Of a stretch of DNA of 64,000 bases, positions 24,987 to 36,315 are shown piece by piece. Source of the stretch: a virus; the IMG/VR virus record IMGVR_UViG_3300027759_000056, positions 47,977 through 111,976 of that record. One strand, 5' to 3'. Within the stretch, counting starts at the first letter, position 1. The number at the start of each line of letters is the position of its first letter. The notes under the pieces are model-generated. The model saw only the letters and a list, made by a program, of their open reading frames with translations, had not been told where the DNA came from and searched no databases. The position numbers and the translations under genes are program-made.

Positions 24987-25931
24987 ATGGCATTAGTAAC
25001 ATATTTAATAGCACCTTGTGAAGGACCAGCGGCAATTAACGTTGATTTTGATAGTAGTTCACTTCCCGTAGTTGGAGGTAATTACTATTTAACATTTGTT
25101 GGGTCAACAGATAGTGGATGTTATGAAATTGTTGACACTGCAGAGCCTGGTGTAGGTATTGATGTGGTCGCAACCAAATCAACAAATTATGGTGATTGTG
25201 CAACATGTCAAGGTGCCTCAACACCAACACCAACACCAAGTGTTACCGCAACTGTTACACCAACTGTAACTAAAACACCTACAGTAACACCAACAAAAAC
25301 AGTTACACCAAGTGTTACGACAACTACAACACCAACCGTAACACCTACTAAAACTGTAACACCGAGTGTGACACCGACCAAAACTGTAACACCTTCGGTA
25401 ACACCCACAAATACTATTACACCAACAGTTACGGCAACTAAAACGCCAACACCAAGTGTGACTAGAACACAAACACCAAGTGTGACTCCAAGTGTTACGG
25501 CAACTAAAACGCCAACACCAAGTGTGACTAGAACACAAACACCAAGTGTGACTCCAAGTGTTACGGCAACTAATACTCAAACACCAACGGTTACTCCAAC
25601 AAAAACAGTAACTCCAAGTGTTACGGCAACTGTAACAAAAACACCAACAGTAACTCCAACAAAAACAGTTACACCAAGTGTTACGGCAACTGTAACAATA
25701 ACACCTACAAAAACGGCAACACCAACACCAACACTTACACAAACACCAACACCAACACCGAGTATGTTTGCATTATCGGCTGGTACTGAGTATTTTGAAT
25801 GTAGATGGTGTCCAGGTGAAACACCAACAATTGAAGCTGTTCCACACGCAGTTTATTCAAACGCTCAAGGAAGAAGTGTTATCCAAGAAAATTCTGTAGC
25901 ATTAGGTGGATTTAACGGACTAAACTCATAA
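24987..25931 (+). CDS. Thr/Pro-rich low-complexity protein with Cys-containing termini
   Basis: about 180 aa of TPTVTPTK/TPSVT repeats. Confidence 0.8.
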   Translation: MALVTYLIAPCEGPAAINVDFDSSSLPVVGGNYYLTFVGSTDSGCYEIVDTAEPGVGIDVVATKSTNYGDCATCQGASTPTPTPSVTATVTPTVTKTPTVTPTKTVTPSVTTTTTPTVTPTKTVTPSVTPTKTVTPSVTPTNTITPTVTATKTPTPSVTRTQTPSVTPSVTATKTPTPSVTRTQTPSVTPSVTATNTQTPTVTPTKTVTPSVTATVTKTPTVTPTKTVTPSVTATVTITPTKTATPTPTLTQTPTPTPSMFALSAGTEYFECRWCPGETPTIEAVPHAVYSNAQGRSVIQENSVALGGFNGLNS

Positions 25932-25952
25932 CAACATAAAAATAATATAAAA

Positions 25953-27410
25953 ATGGCTGACTTAAAACCAATAGGAAGTGAAAAACTTCAAGGACAAGAC
26001 AAGATAAACAGAATTCTTGAAATCGCAAGATACAAAGAGAATACTCCATCATCATTAAATGAAACTTCAAGAGTTGAGTTTGAAAGAGTATTAGCTGACG
26101 GAAACAATTACGAGATTGTAAAAGAAAAATCTGGATACGTAATAAAGAAAAAGGTTAACGAATCTTTGGAGTACATTGAACCAATGAAAAATAGAAAACA
26201 TTATGGTTCATATAGTGCCGCTCTTAAAAGACTTAACTTAATTGCCGGTGAGGTAAACAGACTTACTGAAAATGAAGAAGAAGTTTCTATGTTCAATTTA
26301 GGTGAGCAAAAAAAATTCACATTAAAAACTCCTAAACCAGCGATGCCGGCACCAACACCTGAATTACCAACACCTCCAGCAGCACCTGAGGTAGGGTCAA
26401 TGGACGCACCATTAGATGATGCATCTCTTGATACACCTGAAGGTGGTGAGGAATTGGATTTTGAAATGGATGCCGAATCACCTGAAGGTGGTGAGGAATT
26501 GGATTTTGAAATGGATGCTGATGAAGAACCAATGGGTGGTGAGGAAGAAGAAGTTACTTTCAAAACAATCCAAAAGTTAACAGGTAAATTGGGTCAGAAA
26601 ATCAGAATGATGAATGATTCAGTTGGTATGACTTCTGAAGATGTTAAGTATGTTATAAATTCATTATTGTCAGCTTTGGATTTAAGCAAACTTGACGAAG
26701 AAGACCAAGAGGATATCATGGCTAAATTTGAAGAAGATGCTGAATCGGATTATGATTCAGATATGGATTTTGGTTCTATGGGTGATGATGAGGAAGAAGA
26801 TGTTGATATGGATATTGAAGAACCAGTAGATGGTGAAATGGGTGAAGGTATGTATGGTTCATTTAAAAACGATGAATGGTACGATGAAAATGATAGACCA
26901 TATACAGGTGATTTTGACTTTGATTTTGATGAAGAAGAGTTTGACGAACTTGAACCAATGATGAAAAAACATGGTGATAGTAGATGGTTTCAAAAAGGAC
27001 CTGCTGGTGAAAGAATGTTTAACATGTACAAAGAAAAACACGGTCCAATGAAAGTTAGAACAAGAAAAATGGGTGATGAAATGTCTGAAGAAGATAAAAT
27101 CAACTCACACGTTTCTAGTGTAATGGATGAAATTTTCAGTGAATCTAAAATAGATAAAGTTTTATCTTCATATTTTGAAATTACAGAATCTGAAAAGAAA
27201 GAAAAAAAACAAAAGTTAAATGAAAGTAAGAAAGTTGCAGTAAGTTCGATTAAAAGACTTTCAGAAACTATTGAACAAGAATTAGCGGCAGAATTTATCG
27301 TAAGAGAAAATTCAAACTATAAACTCGTTGGTAAAACAAACAAGAGTAACTTGGTGTTTGAACACAACGGAGAACAAATCAGAGTAACTCCAAAAGGAGA
27401 AGTTCTATGA
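25953..27410 (+). CDS. acidic head-module hypothetical protein
   Basis: many (L/I)xE sites; duplicated PEGGEELDFEMDA. Confidence 0.75.
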   Translation: MADLKPIGSEKLQGQDKINRILEIARYKENTPSSLNETSRVEFERVLADGNNYEIVKEKSGYVIKKKVNESLEYIEPMKNRKHYGSYSAALKRLNLIAGEVNRLTENEEEVSMFNLGEQKKFTLKTPKPAMPAPTPELPTPPAAPEVGSMDAPLDDASLDTPEGGEELDFEMDAESPEGGEELDFEMDADEEPMGGEEEEVTFKTIQKLTGKLGQKIRMMNDSVGMTSEDVKYVINSLLSALDLSKLDEEDQEDIMAKFEEDAESDYDSDMDFGSMGDDEEEDVDMDIEEPVDGEMGEGMYGSFKNDEWYDENDRPYTGDFDFDFDEEEFDELEPMMKKHGDSRWFQKGPAGERMFNMYKEKHGPMKVRTRKMGDEMSEEDKINSHVSSVMDEIFSESKIDKVLSSYFEITESEKKEKKQKLNESKKVAVSSIKRLSETIEQELAAEFIVRENSNYKLVGKTNKSNLVFEHNGEQIRVTPKGEVL

Positions 27411-27805
27411 GTCATCTAATCTATATTAATGGACTTGGTCCAAACTATAGAGGAGATAACATGTATGAATTTATCTTTAGTGATGAACTCGATGTTTGGG
27501 GAGATGATTGGGACTCAAAACCAGCACATGGTTACCCACAACCACCTGAACTAAAATATATAAAAACGGTTGGTACGTTGAAAAAAACAACAATCCAATT
27601 AGAACTTATACAAGACTCCGATTTTATGGGAGTAACAGACGCGATGGAAGATATCATCGCGTTAGCCTGGGAGAAAGATGAAAGTTGTGAAGATGAGACT
27701 CGTCTTGTTTTCCGTTTCGGAGACTCCGTAGATAAAGTAAAAGATAAACTGTACGAAAGAGACCTCATCTTAGATTTTGATAAAGAAGTCGTTTATGAAA
27801 AATAA
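27407..27805 (+). CDS. hypothetical protein
   Basis: translationally coupled ORF. Confidence 0.7.
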   Translation: MSHLIYINGLGPNYRGDNMYEFIFSDELDVWGDDWDSKPAHGYPQPPELKYIKTVGTLKKTTIQLELIQDSDFMGVTDAMEDIIALAWEKDESCEDETRLVFRFGDSVDKVKDKLYERDLILDFDKEVVYEK

Positions 27806-28847
27806 AATACAACAATTAATTAGAGTTGGATTATCCAAAGAATTATTAAAGAATTTGTCTGAAGGACAAGTTAATCAATTGCACCGCAGAATGATTTCTG
27901 AACAAGTGGTACCTTTACCATCAAAACCATCGTATAAAGTGGGTCCTGAAGGTGGAGAATTACCTAAGTCAGAAAAGGGATATGCCATTAAGAAAAATCA
28001 AGATAATTCTATTACCGCAACTCCAATGGAAAGTGAGATTGATGAAAATCTTGGTACGGATTATCAATCAGGTTATAACGCAGATGAATTTGGTGGTAAT
28101 TTACCCGTTAATTATAATAACCCTGAAGATGATAGTGAACCAGATGTAATGGGTAAAAATGATGGTATGCCGACAGAAGGTGAAGTAGGTGAAGGAAAAA
28201 AGAAAAAATCTAAATACAATCCTTGGGCTATTTGTACATCATCTGTTGGTAGAGAAGACAACGATAAATTTGAAAGATGTGTTAAAGATGTTAAAAGAAA
28301 TGTTAGAGAAGGTAAAAACCCACATCAAGTAATTGTTGAAATGGCTTTAGAAAAAATGGTTGAAAAACACATTTCTCCAAGAATGACTAAGGGTGATTTA
28401 ATTAAAACTTTATCAGAACAGGGAATTATCCGTAGACCGATGTCAAATATGAGAATTGGTTTTGTTGATGAAGGAATGGACAAACCAACAAAAAAATCTT
28501 ATTCTTCTAAAAAAGAAGATATGGAACAACAAACAAAAGAGGCTCCAACAAGAGTAAAACCTGGTACTAAGGAAAAAGAAAAACCAGGAAAAATGGACCC
28601 ATTTAAGAATCCAAAACATCAACCAAAGCCAAAGGCTAAAAAAGATATTGAGGAACAAGTTACTAAAACAGCCCCTCCTGTGGTTAAACCAGGTACAAAA
28701 GAAAAACCAAAAACTTCTGACCCGTTTAAGAACCCAAAACACCAACCAAAACCAAAGGCTTCAACAAAAGCACCAAAAATGGGTACGGTTGAGATACCAG
28801 ATTATTTAACTTTTGACCAATTAAAAATTAATTTCAAAGACCAATAA
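27795..28847 (+). CDS. hypothetical head-module protein with duplicated KPGTKEK...DPFKNPKHQPKPKA repeat
   Basis: ORF with an internal repeat. Confidence 0.7.
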   Translation: MKNKIQQLIRVGLSKELLKNLSEGQVNQLHRRMISEQVVPLPSKPSYKVGPEGGELPKSEKGYAIKKNQDNSITATPMESEIDENLGTDYQSGYNADEFGGNLPVNYNNPEDDSEPDVMGKNDGMPTEGEVGEGKKKKSKYNPWAICTSSVGREDNDKFERCVKDVKRNVREGKNPHQVIVEMALEKMVEKHISPRMTKGDLIKTLSEQGIIRRPMSNMRIGFVDEGMDKPTKKSYSSKKEDMEQQTKEAPTRVKPGTKEKEKPGKMDPFKNPKHQPKPKAKKDIEEQVTKTAPPVVKPGTKEKPKTSDPFKNPKHQPKPKASTKAPKMGTVEIPDYLTFDQLKINFKDQ

Positions 28848-30133
28848 TGGCTAAAAAGAATAGAATACACGAAGCTCCAATTGATTATGGAGATAGACCT
28901 GAAAGAATGTCACCAGATGTTGAGGGTAAAATTAATAGAGGTGAAACTCCATTATCTAAAAACCCTGCGTTTCCTGATATTCAAGGTGGTCAAGTACCAC
29001 AAACTTTTGAACAACTTATTGCATCTAAAAGATTCAAAGATGTTGTTGATAAAGTAAAAAGATATACTGGACAAGAAAACATTTCAGGTCAAAATGCTTT
29101 AATGCAACTCCAAATGGCAATGATGAGAGGGGTTCAAGATTTATTCGCCATCCAAAGAAACAATAAAGAATATTTGGAAAATTTGGCTGTTGATTTAGTT
29201 AGAAAAGAAATGGGTGTTAGACCAGACCAACTACAGTATGATGCAAAACTTGTTGGTATGGGTGAAATTGATATGGAAGGATTTTCTAAAGAAGGTGAAG
29301 AACCTGAAGAAGAAGATATTGAACAAAATTTCCAACAACAAGAAGAAGATATTGAAGACTTCATTACAGCATTTGAAAGATTTGATATTGAAAAGGCGAA
29401 AAGAAGATTTATTAACGCTTTAATTCAAGGTTCATCTAAAAAAGGACATTACATGTTTGAATTAGTGAGAGATGAACTTGATAGAATTGACCCAAGATTG
29501 TTAAATCTATACGGTGTTGTTATGTCTATTAATGACTTAATGTATTGGGTATTACCTGACCAAATGATGGATATGATGATGAGTCAAAGTGGTGTTGGTG
29601 GAAAAGAAGAGGTTGATATTGAAACTGACCCCCCAACAGTAAAGGCTCGTGGTTTATTTTTTCCTATTTTGGTTCATGAGTTAATTAAAGGTACAATGGA
29701 AGTATTAGGTACTCAAGGACTTCCTGATGACCCAAAACAAGCCGAAATGGTAATGGCATCTACAGACACTTTATCAAATGAAATTTGGGATTTAAGATTA
29801 GGACCTGTATTATGGGAAAAATTCTTAACAGCATATCCTGAAAGATTATTTGAAGAAGATAAAAAATTCATACAAAGCTACCTATTTGCAAGATTTTCAG
29901 CATTATCCGCTGATGAGTTTTTCAAACTAGCAAAAATGATTTTAAGAGGTGATGCAAAAGCAACATCTATCTTAGACAGAATGGTTACTGAAATTGTTAA
30001 TCATCTTAATGAAATTCACAGTGATGATGAAGAAGAATCTTCAGATTACGGTAATGAAGATGATGACATTGACCCAGATGATTTAAGTGATTTAGATGAT
30101 TTCTTAGGTAGTTTAGGTATCGACAGGTCCTAA
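28847..30133 (+). CDS. hypothetical protein upstream of terminase
   Basis: 428-aa ORF; IHE|A N-terminus. Confidence 0.75.
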   Translation: MAKKNRIHEAPIDYGDRPERMSPDVEGKINRGETPLSKNPAFPDIQGGQVPQTFEQLIASKRFKDVVDKVKRYTGQENISGQNALMQLQMAMMRGVQDLFAIQRNNKEYLENLAVDLVRKEMGVRPDQLQYDAKLVGMGEIDMEGFSKEGEEPEEEDIEQNFQQQEEDIEDFITAFERFDIEKAKRRFINALIQGSSKKGHYMFELVRDELDRIDPRLLNLYGVVMSINDLMYWVLPDQMMDMMMSQSGVGGKEEVDIETDPPTVKARGLFFPILVHELIKGTMEVLGTQGLPDDPKQAEMVMASTDTLSNEIWDLRLGPVLWEKFLTAYPERLFEEDKKFIQSYLFARFSALSADEFFKLAKMILRGDAKATSILDRMVTEIVNHLNEIHSDDEEESSDYGNEDDDIDPDDLSDLDDFLGSLGIDRS

Positions 30134-30145
30134 CACTAACCTTTT

Positions 30146-31915
30146 ATGGGTTTCACCAAAGAACAATTATTATTAGAATATTCAAGATGTATTAAAAATA
30201 CACCATACGCTCTTAAGACGTATCTTCAGACTTATGATAACACTCAGTCAAGATACGTCCCTTTAGAGTTATTTCCCGACCAAGTAAATTTGGTTGAGGA
30301 CTATGAAAATTACAACGAAAACATTGCGTTAAAATATCGTCAGGCAGGTGTGTCTACGGTAACTGCTGCTTGGGCTAGTAAAAGACTTGTATTTGCATCT
30401 AAACAAAGACCTGAAAAGGTTTTGATTATTGCAAACAAATTGGATACTGCTGTGGAAATGGCAAACAAAATTCGTGGTTTTACAGAACAATGGCCAGCTT
30501 GGGTTGGTGTTGGGTTTTCACCAGACAAAAACGCGGCGAGACACTTTAAGTTAACTAATGGTTGTGAGGTAAAAGCGGTTGCAACATCAAAAGATGCACT
30601 TCGTGGTTATACCCCCACTATGTTGATATTTGACGAAGCTGCGTATATTGAAGCCGATGGTGATTTCTGGGCTGCCTGTATGGCTTCGTTATCTACGGGT
30701 GGTAAAGTTGTTGTTGTATCAACACCAAACGGATACGACCCGATTTACTATGAAATTTACGAACAAGCCAATCGTGGAATGAACGATTTCAAAATTACAG
30801 AAATGTTTTGGTATCGTGACCCTCGTTATACAAAAGATTTATATTTGGTTAAAACGGATGAGATTATTCATTACTTGTTAAACCGTGAGGAATATACTGC
30901 AGATAAAGTTATTGATTTTTCAGGTCGTGACCCTTACGAAAGAAATTACGATGAGTTAAAGGCATATTTTGAATTGGGTTATAGACCATGTTCGTCTTGG
31001 TTTGAAGCGATGGTTAAAAAACTTAAGTATGACAAACGTAAAGTTTCTCAGGAATTGGAATGCAACTTCTTGGGTTCGGGTGATAACGTGTTTGATTCTA
31101 ACTTAATTAAAAACATTACTGACAACATGATTAAAGAACCTATCAATAAAATGATGGGTGGTGGACTTTGGATATGGAAAGAACCTGAAATGGGACACAG
31201 ATACATTATGGGTGTGGACGTTTCTCGTGGGGATTCTGAGGATTATTCAACATTCCAAATTTACGACTTTGATGTTAAGGAACAAGTTGCTGAATATGTT
31301 GGTAAACTTCCCCCTGATGTATTGGCAGAGATTGCTTACAAATGGGGAAATATGTACAATTGTTTTATCGTAATTGATATCACGGGTGGTATGGGTGTTG
31401 CAACGGCAAGAAAACTACAAGAACTTGGATACAAAGATTTGTATGTTGATGGTGTTGATTTTGGAAACAAATGGAAATATGACCCAAAGGCTGCTGAAAA
31501 AATACCTGGTATTAACTTTAACAACAAAAGGGTTCAAATTATTGCGGCACTTGAAGAAAGTTTAAGACACGGATTAATAGTTCATTCATCAAGAATGTTG
31601 AATGAAATGAATACATTTGTTTATATCAATGGACGACCAGACCACATGAAAGGACAACATGATGATTTAATTATGTCTTTGGCTATGGCTGTTTATGTAT
31701 CTGACTCATCTTTTTCACAACTTACAAAGGTTACACAACAAGCCAAAACAATGTTGGAATCTTGGACGGTTCAATCTTATGACCCACCAAAAGAACAGTA
31801 TTTTAATCCAGCAATTCCAAATAATAATTTAAAAGATAACCCGGCATATAGAAATCAACCTTCAAAAAAAGATTATGAACAGTATTTATGGGTATTCGGC
31901 GGAATGAAGCGTTGA
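30146..31915 (+). CDS. terL: terminase large subunit (T4 gp17-like)
   Basis: KYRQAGVST Walker A; LIFDEAAY Walker B; STPNG; GVDVSRG nuclease; HDDLIMS. Confidence 0.95.
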   Translation: MGFTKEQLLLEYSRCIKNTPYALKTYLQTYDNTQSRYVPLELFPDQVNLVEDYENYNENIALKYRQAGVSTVTAAWASKRLVFASKQRPEKVLIIANKLDTAVEMANKIRGFTEQWPAWVGVGFSPDKNAARHFKLTNGCEVKAVATSKDALRGYTPTMLIFDEAAYIEADGDFWAACMASLSTGGKVVVVSTPNGYDPIYYEIYEQANRGMNDFKITEMFWYRDPRYTKDLYLVKTDEIIHYLLNREEYTADKVIDFSGRDPYERNYDELKAYFELGYRPCSSWFEAMVKKLKYDKRKVSQELECNFLGSGDNVFDSNLIKNITDNMIKEPINKMMGGGLWIWKEPEMGHRYIMGVDVSRGDSEDYSTFQIYDFDVKEQVAEYVGKLPPDVLAEIAYKWGNMYNCFIVIDITGGMGVATARKLQELGYKDLYVDGVDFGNKWKYDPKAAEKIPGINFNNKRVQIIAALEESLRHGLIVHSSRMLNEMNTFVYINGRPDHMKGQHDDLIMSLAMAVYVSDSSFSQLTKVTQQAKTMLESWTVQSYDPPKEQYFNPAIPNNNLKDNPAYRNQPSKKDYEQYLWVFGGMKR

Positions 31916-31945
31916 TAAAAAAATAATATAATATAGATTTTTAAT

Positions 31946-33769
31946 ATGGAGCAAAAAAACTTGACAATATGGCAAAGATTATCCCAAGAGTTAGGACCTA
32001 ATTCTTTGATGGGTCAAGATATACCCACATTTAAGTTTGATAAAAAAGAACTTTTAAGAACTCAAGATAAGGCCGAGTACGAAAAACAAAAATTACAAGC
32101 ACAACAAACTTTTTATATTACAAGCCAATGGGCTAAAATTGAAAACAATCTTTATAGTCAAGCGGTATATTATGAACCAACTCGTTTGGCATCTTATTAT
32201 GATTACGAATCAATGGAATATACTCCTGAGATTTCTGCTGCGTTGGATACATACGCTGAAGAATCTACAACTGTAGATGAAGATGGTTACATGTTACAAA
32301 TATATTGTGATTCACCAAGAATCAAAGCAGTATTGGGGGATTTATTCAACAATGCTTTAGATATCAATACAAACTTACCAATGTGGACTCGTAATACCTC
32401 TAAATATGGTGATAACTTTGTTTTCTTAAAGTTGGACCCTGAAAAAGGTGTTGTGGGTTGTTTACAATTACCAAACATTGAGGTAGAACGTATTGAAGTT
32501 GGTATGAAAGGTAGAGCCACTTCAGGTTATGGTGGACCAACAGCGTCAAACGCTGGTGTTAAGAGTCTTACATTTACTTGGAAAAACAAACAACTTGAAT
32601 TTAACAGTTGGGAAATTGCCCACTTTAGATTATTGGGTGACGATAGAAAACTTCCTTACGGTACATCAATGTTGGAAAAAGCAAGACGTACTTGGAAACA
32701 GTTGGTATTGGCTGAAGACGCCATGTTGGTTTACAGAACATCAAGAGCACCTGAAAGACGTGTGTTCAAAGTGTTTGTTGGTAACATGGATGATGCGGAT
32801 ATTCAACCATATGTTCAAAGATTCGCACAACAGTTTAAGAAAGACCAAGTTGTTGACCCTCAATCAGGAAACGTGGATATGAGATTCAACCAAATGGCGG
32901 TTGACCAAGATTTCTTTGTTCCTGTTCGTGACCCGTCAGCACCAAACCCAATCGATACTTTGCCAGGAGCACAAAACTTATCAGAAATTGCTGATATTGA
33001 ATATATCCAAAAGAAACTTTTAACAGCGTTAAGAATTCCAAAAGCATTTTTAGGATTTGAAGAAGTTGTTGGTGATGGTAGAAACTTGTCATTACAAGAT
33101 ATTCGTTTCGCTCGTACAATTAACAGAATTCAAAAATCTATGGTTGCTGAACTTAACAAGATTGCAATCATTCACTTATTCTTATTAGGATTTGAAGATG
33201 AATTGGGTTCATTTCAATTAAGTTTAACTAACCCATCTAAACAAGCTGACTTACTTACCATTGACGTATGGAAAGAGAAAATGTTGTTATATAAAGATGC
33301 TGTCGCACCTGTTGAAGGTATTGCTCCAACATCACAAACTTGGGCTAAGAAACATATTCTTGGATTCTCTGATGAAGAAATTAAGTTGGATTTACAACAA
33401 CAAAGATTGGAAAAAGCGGTTTCACTTGAAATACAAAATACTGGTAATGTTATTACCAAGACAGGTATTTTTGATAACATGGATAGACTGTATGGTAATG
33501 GTTCATCATCAGGAGCCACAGCAACACCACCAGCTGAAGGTGGAGGTGATATGGGTGGATTTGGTTCTGATTTAGGTGGAGGAGCTACACCACCGGCAGA
33601 GGCACCACCAGCAGGAGGTGAAACTGCGGTTACACCAGAATCAGTTAAAAAAGATATGAATATGATTTTGGAACGTGATAATGTCTATGGTGTTGATGAT
33701 ATTGATTTAGAAAAAGGTAGTCGTTCTTTGGGGGTTATTGAAGAATCTCTTAGAAAACTGATAGATTGA
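31946..33769 (+). CDS. portal protein (T4 gp20-like)
   Basis: LAEDAMLVYRTSRAPERRVFKVFVGN; IDTLPGAQNL; ALRIP. Confidence 0.95.
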   Translation: MEQKNLTIWQRLSQELGPNSLMGQDIPTFKFDKKELLRTQDKAEYEKQKLQAQQTFYITSQWAKIENNLYSQAVYYEPTRLASYYDYESMEYTPEISAALDTYAEESTTVDEDGYMLQIYCDSPRIKAVLGDLFNNALDINTNLPMWTRNTSKYGDNFVFLKLDPEKGVVGCLQLPNIEVERIEVGMKGRATSGYGGPTASNAGVKSLTFTWKNKQLEFNSWEIAHFRLLGDDRKLPYGTSMLEKARRTWKQLVLAEDAMLVYRTSRAPERRVFKVFVGNMDDADIQPYVQRFAQQFKKDQVVDPQSGNVDMRFNQMAVDQDFFVPVRDPSAPNPIDTLPGAQNLSEIADIEYIQKKLLTALRIPKAFLGFEEVVGDGRNLSLQDIRFARTINRIQKSMVAELNKIAIIHLFLLGFEDELGSFQLSLTNPSKQADLLTIDVWKEKMLLYKDAVAPVEGIAPTSQTWAKKHILGFSDEEIKLDLQQQRLEKAVSLEIQNTGNVITKTGIFDNMDRLYGNGSSSGATATPPAEGGGDMGGFGSDLGGGATPPAEAPPAGGETAVTPESVKKDMNMILERDNVYGVDDIDLEKGSRSLGVIEESLRKLID

Positions 33770-33792
33770 TATATTTATTAATAAAACCTATT

Positions 33793-34494
33793 ATGAAATT
33801 TGGACAATTAATGAGCAAAATAGAAGAGTTATTGGTTAACTCTTATATTACAGAAACCGCTAAAATGGAGTTAAAGAACTTCAAAAGCTTGGTATTGGAA
33901 AATAAAAACGCCAGTACAATGTTTTATATTTACACTGAATTGTCTAAGAAAAAAGGTTATGATAAAGAAATTGCTGAAGCATATATCAATGAATCTTTGA
34001 AACACATCGAAAAATTTTTACCAAAATTAAATACACAAAAGATTGAATATTGGGTTAAAGATGTAGTGTGTGAAAATAACTACAAAGATATCGACAATAT
34101 CGTTTACGGTACACCAGACAAAATTATTGAAACGGTTACTAGCAAAAAAACGTTAATAAAATTATTAGGTGAATCAACTGAGGTTAAATCTCACATTAAT
34201 TTACCAATAGAAACTTTATTAAACATAGCCAACAAATCAATCAAAGGATACATCGAAAATTTAGATGAAGATTCTAAGAAAGATTTGTCTAAAGTATTAA
34301 TGACAGAAGATGTGGAACTCTCGAAAGAATTTGATGACTTAAAATCAAAGACTATTGGTAAATTGGGTAACATCAGAGAATCTTTAGATGACGTAACTAG
34401 TAAGAAATTACAGGAAACTATCGAACAGATTCAGTCAGATACTTTTTCAAAAATCAATTATGTGAGATTATATAATCTCCACAACAATTTATAA
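33793..34494 (+). CDS. hypothetical head-module protein
   Basis: ORF after portal; TATTTAT upstream. Confidence 0.7.
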   Translation: MKFGQLMSKIEELLVNSYITETAKMELKNFKSLVLENKNASTMFYIYTELSKKKGYDKEIAEAYINESLKHIEKFLPKLNTQKIEYWVKDVVCENNYKDIDNIVYGTPDKIIETVTSKKTLIKLLGESTEVKSHINLPIETLLNIANKSIKGYIENLDEDSKKDLSKVLMTEDVELSKEFDDLKSKTIGKLGNIRESLDDVTSKKLQETIEQIQSDTFSKINYVRLYNLHNNL

Positions 34495-34683
34495 ATTATC
34501 TTTATCTTTTTGGGACTGAACGTATTTGGCTTTCAGTTTCTGATTTCTTTTCAAAACACTTTGTTTTTCGTACTGTAATCTCTCACGTAACTTTTCATTT
34601 TGTTTTGTTTTGATTACTTTTCCTTTCAGAACTTTCAAAGCTTTCTCCAAATTCTGACCATTTTCTATTTTTACTTTTAACAT
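34489..34683 (-). CDS. rpsU: ribosomal protein bS21
   Basis: ENGQNLEKALKVLK...LRERLQYEKQSVLKR...KAKYVQ; 64 aa, basic. Confidence 0.85.
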   Translation of the reverse strand: MLKVKIENGQNLEKALKVLKGKVIKTKQNEKLRERLQYEKQSVLKRNQKLKAKYVQSQKDKDNL

Positions 34684-34780
34684 ATCCTATTAAATAACCC
34701 AAAGATACAAAAAAGTTTGACATGGTAATTAAATTTGATTAAATTTTATCAACAAATAAATCTAATTAAAATGATTATTA

Positions 34781-35224
34781 ATGAAAAAAGGGAAAACGGC
34801 ACGAATCATTGGGTTCAATGATTCAAAGGTGAGTTATGGTACAGTTGATTCAAAAAATTTCAAATCACTATACTTAAACTTACAAAGTTGGGTATCACCA
34901 AAAGAAAGTTATGAGAAGTGGGAAAGAATTGTAGGAAATTTTAGCAGAAGCATAAAACATACAGTTTACGAAATTGCTGATAAAGACACATTCAAAGAAA
35001 CAAATATTGTTGATTTAGATTTACGAACAAGTGGAATTTATTATGGAAAAAAGAGTTTTATGAATTTGGAAATAACTCTTTTTCTAAATGAAAACACGGA
35101 TTTCAAAGACCCCCAACTCAAAGAAAAACTTAAGAAAATTGCCAAAGCTATTTACGTAGATAATTTTAAGAATAACGACTATTTTGATTTTACTGTCTCA
35201 AAGAAAGTAAAAGATACAATTTGA
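34781..35224 (+). CDS. hypothetical protein
   Basis: 147-aa ORF. Confidence 0.7.
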   Translation: MKKGKTARIIGFNDSKVSYGTVDSKNFKSLYLNLQSWVSPKESYEKWERIVGNFSRSIKHTVYEIADKDTFKETNIVDLDLRTSGIYYGKKSFMNLEITLFLNENTDFKDPQLKEKLKKIAKAIYVDNFKNNDYFDFTVSKKVKDTI

Positions 35225-35249
35225 TGGTATTTATTATTAAAATGTTTTT

Positions 35250-35978
35250 ATGAAAATATTAGGACCACAAGATACAGGTAAAGGAATATTGGTTGAAATG
35301 GATGCGGGATATATTTCCCCAAACGAAACTCACAATAAGAATTTATTAGAGCAAGCCAACAAAAACATGTTGGACTATTCAAAACCATTTGAATTCTATG
35401 CCGTACTGCAAAAATACAATACACCAAACCGTAACGGTAGAGTGTATCCTGAAAAGATTCTCAAAAGAGAAGCTGACAACTATAAGAAGATGATTGCCAA
35501 AGGTACATCATTGTCTGAATTAAACCACCCTGAATCATCGTTAATTGACCTTGACAGAGTATCTCACCTTATCAATGACGTATGGTGGGACGGACACATC
35601 CTTATGGGTAAATTAAAGCTTCTAACGTCACCTGGGTTCCACGAAAGAGGAATTGTATCTACCAAGGGTGACCAAGCGGCAAACTTACTAAGACAGGGGG
35701 TTACATTAGGTATATCATCACGTGGTGTTGGTTCACTTAAAAAGGTTGGTGAACAGAATGAAGTACAAGGAGATTTTGAATTAATTTGTTTTGACTTAGT
35801 ATCATCACCATCTACACCTGGTGCATACTTGTTTACTAATGTTGAAGATAGAAATAAATTTGAGGAAAATTTGGAAGAAGAGAAGGTTTCAAGAACACCC
35901 GAAATTGGAGTAAGTGAAAAAGGAATGAACCGCTCTATTGACTTATTGAAAAAATTAAATCATTATTTGGACAAATAA
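35250..35978 (+). CDS. prohead core protease (T4 gp21-like)
   Basis: NRNGRVYP, ELNHP, GISSRGVGS, FDLVSSPSTPGA. Confidence 0.95.
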   Translation: MKILGPQDTGKGILVEMDAGYISPNETHNKNLLEQANKNMLDYSKPFEFYAVLQKYNTPNRNGRVYPEKILKREADNYKKMIAKGTSLSELNHPESSLIDLDRVSHLINDVWWDGHILMGKLKLLTSPGFHERGIVSTKGDQAANLLRQGVTLGISSRGVGSLKKVGEQNEVQGDFELICFDLVSSPSTPGAYLFTNVEDRNKFEENLEEEKVSRTPEIGVSEKGMNRSIDLLKKLNHYLDK

Positions 35979-35988
35979 TATTAAAAAC

Positions 35989-36201
35989 ATGGACGAAAAA
36001 TATTTTGTAGCAAAAGTACAGTACGAACTACCTGATGAAAATACAGGTAAATTGAAGAAAATTAGAGAAGAGAAATTGGTGAAAGGTTACTCAGTAACCG
36101 ATGTAGAAGCCAAGGTTACTTCACGATACCAAGGGTTCCAACATGATTGGCGAATCACGGCAGTATCAGAGAGTAAAATTGACGAAGTTATTGAAGATTA
36201 A
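35989..36201 (+). CDS. DUF4494-like small protein
   Basis: KIREEKLV...SVTDVEAKV...ITAVSESKIDEV. Confidence 0.6.
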   Translation: MDEKYFVAKVQYELPDENTGKLKKIREEKLVKGYSVTDVEAKVTSRYQGFQHDWRITAVSESKIDEVIED

Positions 36202-36315
36202 TAAAAACCCCTCCTAACCGAGGGGTTTTTTTATTTATTTTGGGTTTCTGCCAACCCAACACCAACTTTTTTTAAGTTGGGGCATATTTATTATGTAAAT
36301 TATTCTAAAATTTAT

